Source of the DNA: Deltaproteobacteria bacterium
Lineage (GTDB): Bacteria > Myxococcota > JACRCW01
Length of the DNA: 64,000 nt
Assembly (NCBI GenBank): GCA_016218805.1
Contig: JACRCW010000038.1
Span: forward strand, 24,915-88,914
Direction: 5' to 3'
In this document: positions 9,324-18,167 of the stretch, piece after piece
Layout of the letters: the number at the start of each line of letters is the position of its first letter
Numbering within the stretch: the first letter of the stretch is position 1
Made by a program: the position numbers and the translations under genes
Notes under the pieces: model-generated
Database searches by the model: none
Told to the model about the DNA's origin: nothing
The model's input: only the letters and a program-made list of their open reading frames with translations

Positions 9324-10412
9324 TCAGGTGGCCGCGTGGACGGCACGGTCCCGCCCGGCGCGCTTGGCCGCGTACAGGCACTCATCCGCGCGCTCCAACC
9401 ACCGCGTGGGATCATCGGACGGGCGCGCTTCGGCGCCGCCTACCGAGACGGTCACCTTGATGGTTCCCGCGCCACGCGGCACGCGGACTGCCCGCACGGC
9501 ATCCAGCAGGCGCGCCACCGGGGCCCCGGCGTCCTTGGCCGGCGTGTCTGATAGGAGCACCGCGAACTCCTCGCCTCCGTAGCGGCACACCACGTCGGAC
9601 CGGCGGGGGAAGGTGCGGGTCAGCGCGTCAGCCACTGCCCGGAGCACCTCGTCCCCGGCCACGTGGCCGTGCTGGTCGTTGATGGCCTTGAAGTGGTCCA
9701 GGTCCAGGAGCAGAACGGTGGCGGGGTGCTGGAAGCCCACCAACAGTGACAGCGCTTCACCCATGGCCGCGTCCAGAACCCGGCGGTTGAACAGGCCGGT
9801 CAACGGGTCGGTCTGCTTCTCGCGCTCGGCTTCGGTGAGCCGGTGGCCCATAGCCATGACCTTCTGGCTCAGCTCCGCCATCTGCTGGCGGTGGCGCAGG
9901 CGGCGCCGCTCAACTAGGCCCTCCAGCGTCCGCACAATCCGCGCCACCTGGTCCTGCACTCCGGCCACCACGCCGCGCTCCAGGCGCGCCCGCAGACCTT
10001 CCATGTCGTCCAGCAGTGCGCGGTCGGACTCCTCGTCTTCGGCCACGGACAGGTTCAGCGCCTGGACAAACGTGACCACCGCCTGGCGCAGATCACCAAC
10101 GGACTGCCGCACCAGCCGTTGCTCCTGCTGGCGCTGCTCGGAGACGAACCGCCGCAGGCCGGACCAGTCCCTGCGCGAGCTGGTGCCGGCCGGCAGGCCC
10201 GGTGGCGGCGTGACCCGCAGGACGTGGCTTGCCCAGCCCTCGCAGTGGTGTTGCACGCGTTCCGGCTCCAGGTCCGCCACGTCCAGTGCGTAGCGGCCCA
10301 GCGTCCGCACCACGTCCGCCAGCGTGTCCAAAGCCTCCTGGACGTGGAGGTCAGCCGGCGGCGCCGGGGGCTGGGGCCTGAGATCCACCGGGTCGTGGTG
10401 CGGCATTCTCAT
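9324..10412 (-). CDS. Diguanylate cyclase (GGDEF) with coiled-coil N-terminal region
   Basis: C-terminal LFNRRVLD...LLLDLDHFKAINDQHGHVAGDEVL...RRSDVVCRYGGEEFAVLL. Active-site GGEEF, with an RxxD I-site five residues upstream. Start taken at the ATG 6 nt after AGGAGG, which overlaps the upstream gene by about 60 nt; 10406 is an alternative. Confidence 0.85.
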   Translation of the reverse strand: MRMPHHDPVDLRPQPPAPPADLHVQEALDTLADVVRTLGRYALDVADLEPERVQHHCEGWASHVLRVTPPPGLPAGTSSRRDWSGLRRFVSEQRQQEQRLVRQSVGDLRQAVVTFVQALNLSVAEDEESDRALLDDMEGLRARLERGVVAGVQDQVARIVRTLEGLVERRRLRHRQQMAELSQKVMAMGHRLTEAEREKQTDPLTGLFNRRVLDAAMGEALSLLVGFQHPATVLLLDLDHFKAINDQHGHVAGDEVLRAVADALTRTFPRRSDVVCRYGGEEFAVLLSDTPAKDAGAPVARLLDAVRAVRVPRGAGTIKVTVSVGGAEARPSDDPTRWLERADECLYAAKRAGRDRAVHAAT

Positions 10413-11385
10413 CCGGCTCCTCCTGGTGCGCGCCTTCCCCATCCGCCGCCGGGCGGAGTTCCTCCGCGTCCAGCGAAAGGAGGGCCTCGGCCATGGAGTG
10501 GAAGGCGCGGCTGTTGTCATCCATGGCATCCTCCAACAGGAACGGCCGGCGGTGGTTGATGCTGTCGTGAACGCGGCGTGACGCGCGCAACACGCCCAGC
10601 ACGTCCACCGGCGCACCCAGGTAGTCGCGGAACATGCGGCAGACCGAGTGCACCACGGCGCGGTCCTTGTCATGGAACACGTTGTTCCCGACGACGCGGA
10701 CCGCGAGGCGGCCCAGCGCGGCGCGCGCGCGGGCCGCGGCCGCAGGGTCCTCGCGGGAGGTGCGCGCCAGCCAGACGGCCACCGGTTCCACGGCGGGTGC
10801 GCGCGCTTCGTCGGCCAGCGTCATGGCGTGCACCTGAAGCACGGACCGTTCCACGTGGCGGTGGAGCGCCGCCTTGAGGAACGCGTAGGCGTTCTGGATG
10901 GAAGTCATCTGCGGGGTGAGCACTACCAATTGCTGGTCCGCCAGCAGGAAGAAGTCCAGCGTGTTGAAGGCAATGCCCGCACCCACGTCTATCACCACCA
11001 CATCACCGCCCGCGGCGCGCACGGCGGCCAGCAACTTCTGTTTCTGGCCGTGGTTGAAGTTGGCGGACCCGGGGACCGCTCCCAGCCCGGGCAGCAGCGT
11101 CACGCCGGGGACACTGGTGCGGCAGAGCACTTCGGCCACGGTGCGCGCATGGCCGGACAGCAGGCCACCCAGTCCAGGGCCGGGCCGGTCAATGCCAAAC
11201 AGGGTGTGCAGGTTGGCCGCGCCGAAGTCCGCGTCCACCAGCGTGACGCACCGGCCGCGCTGCGCCAGCGCCACCGCCAGGTTGGCGGCCACCACCGTCT
11301 TGCCCACGCCGCCCTTGCCGCCACCCACGGCGATGACGCGCCGCGGTGGCGGGTGTCCGGGAATCCTGGCTCCGGCGGTCAGCAT
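10351..11385 (-). CDS. MinD/ParA-family P-loop ATPase (second FlhG-like paralog)
   Basis: Deviant Walker A GGGKGGVGKT, VTLVDADFGAANL, VVVIDVGAG. 344 aa with a C-terminal extension. SD GGGAGGGGAGGG. Confidence 0.8.
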   Translation of the reverse strand: MLTAGARIPGHPPPRRVIAVGGGKGGVGKTVVAANLAVALAQRGRCVTLVDADFGAANLHTLFGIDRPGPGLGGLLSGHARTVAEVLCRTSVPGVTLLPGLGAVPGSANFNHGQKQKLLAAVRAAGGDVVVIDVGAGIAFNTLDFFLLADQQLVVLTPQMTSIQNAYAFLKAALHRHVERSVLQVHAMTLADEARAPAVEPVAVWLARTSREDPAAAARARAALGRLAVRVVGNNVFHDKDRAVVHSVCRMFRDYLGAPVDVLGVLRASRRVHDSINHRRPFLLEDAMDDNSRAFHSMAEALLSLDAEELRPAADGEGAHQEEPDENAAPRPGGSQAPAPGAAG

Positions 11386-11404
11386 CGGCGGCCCTCCCCT
11401 CCCG

Positions 11405-11674
11405 TCAGCTCACCCGGTACGCACAGGACGCGCCACGGGCGCGGCCCAGTCTCTCCCGCAGGCGGAGAACCTCAGTGCGGCGGGCACTTGCGAGTTCCAG
11501 CAGGGCACGCACCTCCTGCTGAACCGCGGGGCCCGCCGGCCACAAGGCGGCCGCGCCGCCACACACCTCGGCCTCCAGGGCCGCAGCCAACTCAGCGGCA
11601 GCCGCTGCATCGTCGGCGCGGAGCGCGGTACGCAGCGCGTCCAACCGTTGTTGGAGCGTCTGGGCCAAGGTCAC
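11405..11674 (-). CDS. Small helical protein in the fliT position (putative FliT-like chaperone)
   Basis: 89 aa, Ala/Leu-rich helices. GTGA overlap with the fliS stop. The call rests on position only (fliD-fliS-fliT synteny). Confidence 0.35.
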   Translation of the reverse strand: MTLAQTLQQRLDALRTALRADDAAAAAELAAALEAEVCGGAAALWPAGPAVQQEVRALLELASARRTEVLRLRERLGRARGASCAYRVS

Positions 11675-12054
11675 CGGGCCTCCGCGGCGGCCGGCGCGTT
11701 GGTCACCTGTTCAAACGCATCGGCCACGGGTTGAACCACGCGCAGCGCCTCGCGCGCGGCCGTTGCGTTGCCCGAGGCCAGCGCCAGTGTGATGCGGTGC
11801 AGCGTGAACTGGTAGACGTCAGCAAGCTGGCGGCACAGCTCGGGCGCGGCGGCAGAGTCCAGCGTTGCCAGCAACTCCGTGATGATGTCCATGCAACGGC
11901 CCAGGGGTGCGGCGGCCTCGGCGCGGCGGCCCGCTTCCAGTGCCCGCGCGGCGGTGTCCAGGTGGCGGCAGGCCGCCTGCAACAGCAGCACCAGCAGGCG
12001 TTCCCTGCTGGCGGTTTCATTCTGCACGCGGGTGTAGGCGGTGGAGCCTCGCAT
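11671..12054 (-). CDS. fliS: Flagellar export chaperone FliS
   Basis: 127 aa. YTRVQNETASRERLLVLLLQAACRHL and VYQFTLHRITLA fit the FliS four-helix pattern. Lies immediately after fliD. Confidence 0.85.
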   Translation of the reverse strand: MRGSTAYTRVQNETASRERLLVLLLQAACRHLDTAARALEAGRRAEAAAPLGRCMDIITELLATLDSAAAPELCRQLADVYQFTLHRITLALASGNATAAREALRVVQPVADAFEQVTNAPAAAEAR

Positions 12055-12060
12055 GGTGCG

Positions 12061-13407
12061 TCATCCCTTCTTGCTGGCGGCAGCTTCCTGTGAGGAGAGG
12101 AACGCGTTCACCGCGTTGAGCGAGTTCACCACCTGTTCCATGGCGGCAAACTGCGCCTCCAGCGTGGCGCGGTAGCGCTCGACCCGGTCGGCCATCTGGA
12201 GTTGCTGCTGCGTGAGCCGGTCAATGCTGCTGCGCATGGCCTCCTGGGTCTGCGCCAGGATGCCGCCGGCAGCGGCGTACTGGTCCGTCAGCTCCTTCAC
12301 GCTCGCCGCCAGCCCATCGGTGGCGTCGGAGAACATGCGGTCCAGGGAGACAGGATCACGTTGCAGCGCCCGCTCTAGGGTCAGGGTGTCCACGCTCAGC
12401 GAACCGTCCCGCGCGGTGCGGACGCCGATCTCCGCCAGCGTCTTGAACGTGCCGGCGCCCGCCACCGCGTGGACGCCCACGGCCTGCAGGCGGGACTGCA
12501 ACGAGCGGACGGCGCTGTTGCCCACCAGCAGCGTGTCACGGTCGGACCCGGCGCTGGGCGTCAGCTGCGCGGCCAGCGTGCGGTGGAGCGCGTTGTAGGC
12601 GTCCACGTAGCGCTGCAGCGCCTGCGCGGTCTTCTCCTTGTCCACGTTCAGCACCAGGTCCTCGGGAAGACCCGGCTTCGCCTGGCTGAGCGCCAGCGTC
12701 ACGCCGGGAATGGCGTCGGACACCACGTTCTGCTGCCGTTCAAACGTGAGGCCGTCCACCTTCAGGACAGCGTTGCGCGCCGCCTGCGTGGTGGCCAGGC
12801 CCAGCGGCTGACCCAGCAGCCCGGTGCTGGTCTCCGTGAGCACCAGCGCGTCCGCAGCGGGGCTGCCCACCGGGTGCCCCGTACTGAGACCGGCCACCGC
12901 CAGGTACGAACGCGTGCCATCAAACAGGACGTTGGCCCGCACCGGTGCCCCGGACGCATTGATGGCGGTGGCGGCCTGGTCCAGCGAAGTGCCGTCCTCC
13001 AGCACCACCTGCCAGGCCGTGCCATTGACACTGATATCCAGCGTGCCACCGCGCACGGTGACGGCGTCATCAAACGCGGCGGACTGGGCGCGTGCCGCCG
13101 CGGCAAGCTGTTCCACGGAAACGGCAAACCGTCCGGCGGTCCCGCCCGTCACGTCCGTGACGCTGAGCTGGGAGTGCGTGCCGGTCTGGCTGCTGGCCAC
13201 CACGCCGGTGCGGGCCAGCGCGGCGGCCGCGTCCGACAGGGACCGCAGCTTGGTCACCATGTCCGCCACCGTCGACAGCTGGGTGCTGAACGCCTTCTGG
13301 CGCGCCTGCATCTGCTGGATGGGCCGCTGCTCCAGCGCCACCAGCTTGTCGACGATGCTGGCGGTGTCCAACCCCGAGGCGAGACCGCCGACCTTGAACG
13401 TGGACAT
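12061..13407 (-). CDS. fliD: Flagellar filament cap (hook-associated protein 2) FliD
   Basis: MSTFKVGGLASGLDTASIVDKLVALEQRPI N-terminus and a C-terminal heptad region. ATG 13407 follows GGAGG. Confidence 0.9.
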   Translation of the reverse strand: MSTFKVGGLASGLDTASIVDKLVALEQRPIQQMQARQKAFSTQLSTVADMVTKLRSLSDAAAALARTGVVASSQTGTHSQLSVTDVTGGTAGRFAVSVEQLAAAARAQSAAFDDAVTVRGGTLDISVNGTAWQVVLEDGTSLDQAATAINASGAPVRANVLFDGTRSYLAVAGLSTGHPVGSPAADALVLTETSTGLLGQPLGLATTQAARNAVLKVDGLTFERQQNVVSDAIPGVTLALSQAKPGLPEDLVLNVDKEKTAQALQRYVDAYNALHRTLAAQLTPSAGSDRDTLLVGNSAVRSLQSRLQAVGVHAVAGAGTFKTLAEIGVRTARDGSLSVDTLTLERALQRDPVSLDRMFSDATDGLAASVKELTDQYAAAGGILAQTQEAMRSSIDRLTQQQLQMADRVERYRATLEAQFAAMEQVVNSLNAVNAFLSSQEAAASKKG

Positions 13408-13422
13408 CGCGCCTCCGCAGAA

Positions 13423-13457
13423 GGCGGCGCCGGGTCCGTGCTTCACCCGGCGCCGCC
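13423..13457 (-). terminator. Strong stem-loop between fliC and fliD (terminator/attenuator-like)
   Basis: Perfect 13-bp inverted repeat GGCGGCGCCGGGT / ACCCGGCGCCGCC with a 9-nt loop, 28 nt after the fliC stop. On the transcript it is followed by TTCTGCGG, so the U-tract is weak. Confidence 0.5.
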
Positions 13458-13484
13458 CGGTTCAGGGAACCCACCGCCGGGTGT

Positions 13485-14309
13485 TCAGCCAAGCAGCTTC
13501 AGTGCCATCTGCGGCTGCTGGTTGGCCTGGGCCAGGACGCTGATGCCGGCCTGCATCATCACGCTGGCGCGCGTGAGGGAGCTGGTCTCCTCGGCCACGT
13601 CCACGTCCTTGATGCGGCTGTTGGCGGCCGACACGTTCTCCGCCGCGGTGTTGATGGTGGCCGTCACGCTCTGAAGCCGGTTGCCCACCGCGCCAAAACC
13701 CGCGCGCACGTTGGACACGCCCTCAATGGCCGTGTCGAGGGCGGCCAGGGCGGTGGTCGCGCCCGCCTTGGTGGACAGGTCCACCGCGTCCACGCCCAGC
13801 GTGGCCGTGGTCATGTCTGCGGTGGTGAAGCTGATGATGTCATTGGCAGTGGCGCGGATGCCCACCTGGAAGTCCAGCGTGGCGGCGGAGCCGTCCAGCA
13901 GCATCACGCCGTTGTACTCGGCGGTCTGCGCAATGCGGTCAATCTCCAGGATGAGCGCCGCCGCTTCCGTCTGCACATAGCCGCGCTCGGTGTCGCGGAT
14001 GCCGTCGGACGCGGACTGCATGGCCAGCTCGCGCATGCGGGTGAGGATGTTGCTGACCTCGGCCGTGCCGCCCTCCGCCGTCTGCACCAGGCTGACGCCG
14101 TCCGCCGCGTTGCGGGCCGCCTGGCCGTAGGAGCGGATCTGCGCCACCAGGTTGGCACTCACGCCCAGCCCGGCCGCGTCGTCACCGGCCTTGGTGATGC
14201 GGTAGCCGCTGGAGAGGCGGGACATGCTGGACTCAAGCCGGTTCTGGGTCTGGTACAGGTTCTTCTGCGCGTTGAGGGACATGACGTTCGTCTGGACGGA
14301 CATGACCAT
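13485..14309 (-). CDS. fliC: Flagellin
   Basis: MVMSVQTNVMSLNAQKNLYQTQNRLESSMSRLSSGYRITKAGDDAAGL at the N-terminus; C-terminus ...VLAQANQQPQMALKLLG. 274 aa, so D0/D1 only. SD AGGAGGA. Confidence 0.95.
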   Translation of the reverse strand: MVMSVQTNVMSLNAQKNLYQTQNRLESSMSRLSSGYRITKAGDDAAGLGVSANLVAQIRSYGQAARNAADGVSLVQTAEGGTAEVSNILTRMRELAMQSASDGIRDTERGYVQTEAAALILEIDRIAQTAEYNGVMLLDGSAATLDFQVGIRATANDIISFTTADMTTATLGVDAVDLSTKAGATTALAALDTAIEGVSNVRAGFGAVGNRLQSVTATINTAAENVSAANSRIKDVDVAEETSSLTRASVMMQAGISVLAQANQQPQMALKLLG

Positions 14310-14374
14310 GGTGGTCCTCCTGTTGTGGGCGGCTCCTTGGGGGTTCCCTCGGCCGTGCCCTGGGTTCGCACTTG

Positions 14375-14403
14375 GGATCGGAACGCGGCGTGGAGGCGCT
14401 AAG
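14375..14403 (-). promoter_or_regulatory. Candidate sigma-28-type promoter upstream of fliC
   Basis: On the - strand: CTTAG-N16-TCCGATCC (consensus TAAA-N15-GCCGATAA), about 66 nt upstream of the fliC ATG. Same 16-nt spacer as the fliJ-like candidate. Weak -35. Confidence 0.3.
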
Positions 14404-14499
14404 CGGGGGGCGGTGCGGATCGCGCGGGTGACGGCGGCACGGCAGGCGCCCGTCCGCGGCCAGGCCGCGGCGCACCGGGTGATCAGCTTGGCGGGGGCG

Positions 14500-15384
14500 T
14501 CACTTCAGGACGTCAAGGAGGGACGCCTGGAAGCTCTTCTGCGCGGCGGCGATGGACGCCTCCAGCGCGCGCTGCGCCAGCGCAAGGCGGCTGGCGGACT
14601 GCACGGTGTCCGCATCGGACAGCCGCCCCACGGCGATTTCCTGGTTGGTGCGGGCCTGGGCGGACATGGACGCGGAGAGCGTGAACAGTGCGGATTGCGC
14701 CCCGGCGCGCGTGCGCGCGTCAATCACCTGGCGCAGTGCCTGGTCCAGCCGCGGGATGGCGGCGGTGATTGCCACGGCGTCATTGTTGGTGAGCGCGGTC
14801 TGCAGGTCATCCAGCGCGGCAAAGACGTCCACGCCGGTGGCGCCGCCCTTCAGCGCCTGGTCCGCGCGCACACTGGCATCCGCCCACGTGCCCGGGGCAA
14901 TCTCCACCTGGCGCGTGCCGGCGTCACCCACGTAGGCCGCCGCCGCATCAAACGGCGCCGCCTGGTCCGCGCGCCCGCCAAACAGGTAGCGGCCGCCGAA
15001 TTCCCGGTTCCCCAGCGCCAGCAGCCCGTCGCGCAGCGAGCGCACCTCAGGCGCGGACGCGCCCCGATCCGCCGCACTGTACGTCCCGTTGGCCAGCTGC
15101 ACGGCCAGTTCCCGCGCGCGCGTGATCACATCCGTCATGGATCCCAGTGCGGCGTCGGCCGCGTCCAGTTCGTCCGCGGCGGTCGCGCTGGCGTCAGACA
15201 GGGACTGCAGCCGCTGCAGCTCTGCGCGGCCCGTGAGAATCAGGCCGGCCGCGGCGGGCGCGTCCCCGGCGTGGATCACCTTGCGGCCGGTGGACAGTTC
15301 CTCGGAGGCGCGGGCCAGCCGGGACTGTGCGCCCAGCACCCGCGCCGCTCCCGTCTCAAACACCATCCGGTCGGTCACCCGCAT
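14500..15384 (-). CDS. flgL: Hook-filament junction protein FlgL
   Basis: MRVTDRMVFE...LSTGRKVIHAGDAPAAA is a flagellin-like N-terminus. 294 aa, follows flgK. Confidence 0.9.
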   Translation of the reverse strand: MRVTDRMVFETGAARVLGAQSRLARASEELSTGRKVIHAGDAPAAAGLILTGRAELQRLQSLSDASATAADELDAADAALGSMTDVITRARELAVQLANGTYSAADRGASAPEVRSLRDGLLALGNREFGGRYLFGGRADQAAPFDAAAAYVGDAGTRQVEIAPGTWADASVRADQALKGGATGVDVFAALDDLQTALTNNDAVAITAAIPRLDQALRQVIDARTRAGAQSALFTLSASMSAQARTNQEIAVGRLSDADTVQSASRLALAQRALEASIAAAQKSFQASLLDVLK

Positions 15385-15394
15385 GGGCTCCTCC

Positions 15395-16798
15395 TCACCG
15401 CAGCTTCATCAGCGCGTCCAGCATCTGGTCCGCGGTGGTGATGACCTTCAGCGTTGCCTCGTAGGCCCGCTGGGCCTGCATCAGCGTCACCATCTCCTCA
15501 TCAACATTCACGCCGCTGGTGCTCTCACGCAGCGCGCCCAGCTGGGCCAGCTGCGCGGCAGCTCCATCCGCGCGCGCTTGCGCCTGTTGCACCGCCGCGC
15601 CGTAGCTGGCGGACAGCGCTGCCGCCGTGCCGCCCGGCGTGTCACCTGACGCGCCGGCGGTGGTGTCCACGGCCAGCAACGCCTGCAGCGTGGTGTTGCC
15701 GCCCGGCAGGTCTCCGGCGGAGCCCGCGGCGGCCAGCGCGGAGGGGTTTCCCGCGACGTCAACAGAGACCGCCAGGCGCCGCGCCGCGGACGCCGCGGTG
15801 GCGCCCGCGTCCAGCAGATTGCGCCCGGACACGCCATCCAGGCCCACCCCGGCGCTGTGCGCCACGTTGAGGCGCCCCGCCAGGTCAAACGCCAGCGCAT
15901 CCAGCGCGGCGCCGGCGTTGGCCAGCGCGCCGTCACGCGCCGCCAGTGCGCCGCCCACCTGGCCGCCCAGCTGCGCGGCCTCCACCACCTGCGGGCCTGA
16001 ACCATCCGTGCGCGTGAGGAGCACCACCACGTGACCCGCGTTGGCCGGGTCCGCCCGGGTGGTCATGCTCGCGGCCTCCTGCCCCTGCACCAGCGCCATG
16101 CCACCGGGCAACCCCACGTTGAGGTTGCCGTCGGCGTCCTCCAGCGAGGTGGCGCCGGTCAACTCGGCCAGGCGGTCACGCACCAGGGTGCGCTGGTCCA
16201 ACAGGGTGTTGGGCGTGGCACCCGTGCCGCGGGCCACGCGGACCTGGCGGTTGAGCTCGGCCAGGCGTGCCGTCAGGTCAGTGACCTCGCGCGCCGCATC
16301 CGTGACAATCACGTCCTGGCTGCGCCACGCGTCTTCCACGGCGGCCGCGGTCCGGTTGAACGCCTGCGTCATGGTGGTAGCGGCGCCCAACACGGACACA
16401 CGCCAGGAGGCGTTGGCGGGGTCCTGGCTCCACCCACGCAACGCGGCAAAGAACGCACCCACGGCGTCGGCCACGCCGCCCGCCGCCTCGGGGTCCAGCG
16501 CGCTCACCGCGCCCAGCGCGGCGGCGGCGGACCGGGCCGCGGCGTCCTCACCCAGTGCGCCGGGCATGCGGTTCTCCAGCCAGCGGTCCCGCGCCTGCCG
16601 CACATCCACCGCCAGGACCCCGCTGCCCACACGCCCGCCCCTGTCCGCCGTGTCCGCGCCGGCCACCAGCAGCGCGCGCTGGCGCGCGTAGCCCGGGGTG
16701 TTCACGTTCTCCAGGTTGTTGGACGCCGTGGCGGACGCCAGCCGGTGCGCTGACAGGCTCACCGCCGCGTTCCCCAACACCGCAAACACGCCAACCAT
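15395..16798 (-). CDS. flgK: Hook-filament junction protein FlgK
   Basis: SATASNNLENVNTPGYARQ at the N-terminus and EEMVTLMQAQRAYEATLKVITTADQML at the C-terminus. 467 aa. Confidence 0.9.
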   Translation of the reverse strand: MVGVFAVLGNAAVSLSAHRLASATASNNLENVNTPGYARQRALLVAGADTADRGGRVGSGVLAVDVRQARDRWLENRMPGALGEDAAARSAAAALGAVSALDPEAAGGVADAVGAFFAALRGWSQDPANASWRVSVLGAATTMTQAFNRTAAAVEDAWRSQDVIVTDAAREVTDLTARLAELNRQVRVARGTGATPNTLLDQRTLVRDRLAELTGATSLEDADGNLNVGLPGGMALVQGQEAASMTTRADPANAGHVVVLLTRTDGSGPQVVEAAQLGGQVGGALAARDGALANAGAALDALAFDLAGRLNVAHSAGVGLDGVSGRNLLDAGATAASAARRLAVSVDVAGNPSALAAAGSAGDLPGGNTTLQALLAVDTTAGASGDTPGGTAAALSASYGAAVQQAQARADGAAAQLAQLGALRESTSGVNVDEEMVTLMQAQRAYEATLKVITTADQMLDALMKLR

Positions 16799-16801
16799 GG
16801 G

Positions 16802-17233
16802 TCACCCTCTCACGGCCAGCGTCGCCGGCAGCGCCGCCGCGCCCGCGCCGCTGCGCCCGTAGGCCACCGCGGGACCCGCCAGCGCCGCGCGCCAGGACGA
16901 CACAATGGCGTGGGCCTGGCGCAGCCACGTGACGGCGTTGCGGTTGATGTCAGCCAGTTCGGCGGAGCGCGCGCGCACCCGCTCCAGCGCGTCCTGCAGC
17001 TCCGCCGGGTAAGGACGCGAAAGCGCCTCCAGCCGGCGCGCGAGCCCGGCCGCGCCCGCCTGCAGCGCACCCAGCTCCTGCTCGCGCCACAGCGCCATCT
17101 CCAGCAGCGCGGGTCCCTTCAGCTGGCTGGCCAGCTGCAGGCAGGCCCGCCCGCGCACCTTCTCCTCCTCCAGGCTGGCCACCAGCGCGCGCGCGGCTTC
17201 CACCGCGTCCGCCACGGCGGTGCCCGGGCTCAT
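16802..17233 (-). CDS. flgN: FlgN-like export chaperone
   Basis: 143-aa helical protein sitting between flgM and flgK (conserved flgM-flgN-flgK synteny). ATGA overlap with flgM. Confidence 0.5.
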   Translation of the reverse strand: MSPGTAVADAVEAARALVASLEEEKVRGRACLQLASQLKGPALLEMALWREQELGALQAGAAGLARRLEALSRPYPAELQDALERVRARSAELADINRNAVTWLRQAHAIVSSWRAALAGPAVAYGRSGAGAAALPATLAVRG

Positions 17234-17532
17234 GGGATGCTCAACAGCACGCGGAGCCGCGCGTCCAGCTCCGCGCTCGCCAGGATCTGCGAGGCGATCT
17301 GCGCCGCGTTGGGCACGTAGTTGCCCGACCGCACGGCGGCTTCAATCTCCTTGAGCCGGGTGGCGCGTTGCTGTCCCGCCAGGCGCCTGGCCGCGTCCAC
17401 CGTCAGCGCCGCCTCCGTGGCGTGCTCCTGCACCGTGGCCGCAGCGGTACCGCCTTCCGGGGCCTTGGCCGTCCCGGTCTCCCGGCGCACCTGCACTGAA
17501 GCCTGGATTCCCGTGGTGTCCTTGACGTTCAT
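17230..17532 (-). CDS. flgM: Anti-sigma-28 factor FlgM
   Basis: 100 aa. C-terminal RLKEIEAAVRSGNYVPNAAQIASQIL matches the FlgM sigma-28-binding region. Confidence 0.8.
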   Translation of the reverse strand: MNVKDTTGIQASVQVRRETGTAKAPEGGTAAATVQEHATEAALTVDAARRLAGQQRATRLKEIEAAVRSGNYVPNAAQIASQILASAELDARLRVLLSIP

Positions 17533-18167
17533 GGCGCCCTCCTGGCCGCCGGGCCTGGGCCCTGCGGCTGGGGAATCGTCACGTGGCTGTAAACGCTTAG
17601 TGCGCGGGTGGGATCCACAACCACACCGTCCTGCCGCAGCTCAAAATGCAAGTGAGGTCCAGTGCTTCGTCCGCTGCTGCCCACCGTGCCCAGGATCTGG
17701 CCCGCGCGGATCTGCTGGCCCGGCTGCACCGCGGCGCCCTCCAGATGGGCGTAGCGGGACTCCAGCCCGGACGCGTGCCGGAGGGTCACCATCCGCCCGT
17801 AGTCCGCCGCGTCCTCCACGCGCGCCACCCGCCCGTCTGCGAGCGCGCGCACCGGGGCGCCCCGCGGTGCCGCCACGTCCACGCCGGCGTGCTGCGTGGG
17901 CGCATGCGTGAACGGGTCACGGCGCGGGCCAAACGGGCTGCTTACCTGGCCGCCGTCAACGAGCCCGGGCCCCGGCACCGGCGCCGCCGGCAGCAGCGAC
18001 ACGTCCCGCGCGACCGCGTCCGCCAGCGTGTCCAGGAACAGGCCCTCATGCACGGCGGTGCCGCCCGCCATGGCCCGTCCCATCCCGCTGGCGGCGAGCA
18101 ACTGCTTCACCAGCAGCGCGGTCATGGCGGTCTCCGCGTTGCCCGGCGCTGGGAGGGTGGCGTCCAT
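17529..18167 (-). CDS. flgJ: FlgJ-like rod-assembly protein with M23 (LytM) peptidase domain
   Basis: N-terminal rod-binding-like ETAMTALLVKQLLAASGM. C-terminal M23 motifs HAGVDVAAPRGAPV, GRMVTLRH and STGPHLHFELR. In the flgI-flgJ position, with an ATGA overlap. Confidence 0.7.
   Translation of the reverse strand: MDATLPAPGNAETAMTALLVKQLLAASGMGRAMAGGTAVHEGLFLDTLADAVARDVSLLPAAPVPGPGLVDGGQVSSPFGPRRDPFTHAPTQHAGVDVAAPRGAPVRALADGRVARVEDAADYGRMVTLRHASGLESRYAHLEGAAVQPGQQIRAGQILGTVGSSGRSTGPHLHFELRQDGVVVDPTRALSVYSHVTIPQPQGPGPAARRAP

Noticed and set aside
6883-9381. 832-aa ORF on the - strand, the longest in the first 10 kb
   Set aside because: It is antisense to three well-supported + strand genes (AttH-like signature, coding-like bias). 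Its product is Arg/Gly/Pro/His-rich low complexity with no motif. This is the typical shadow ORF of high-GC DNA.
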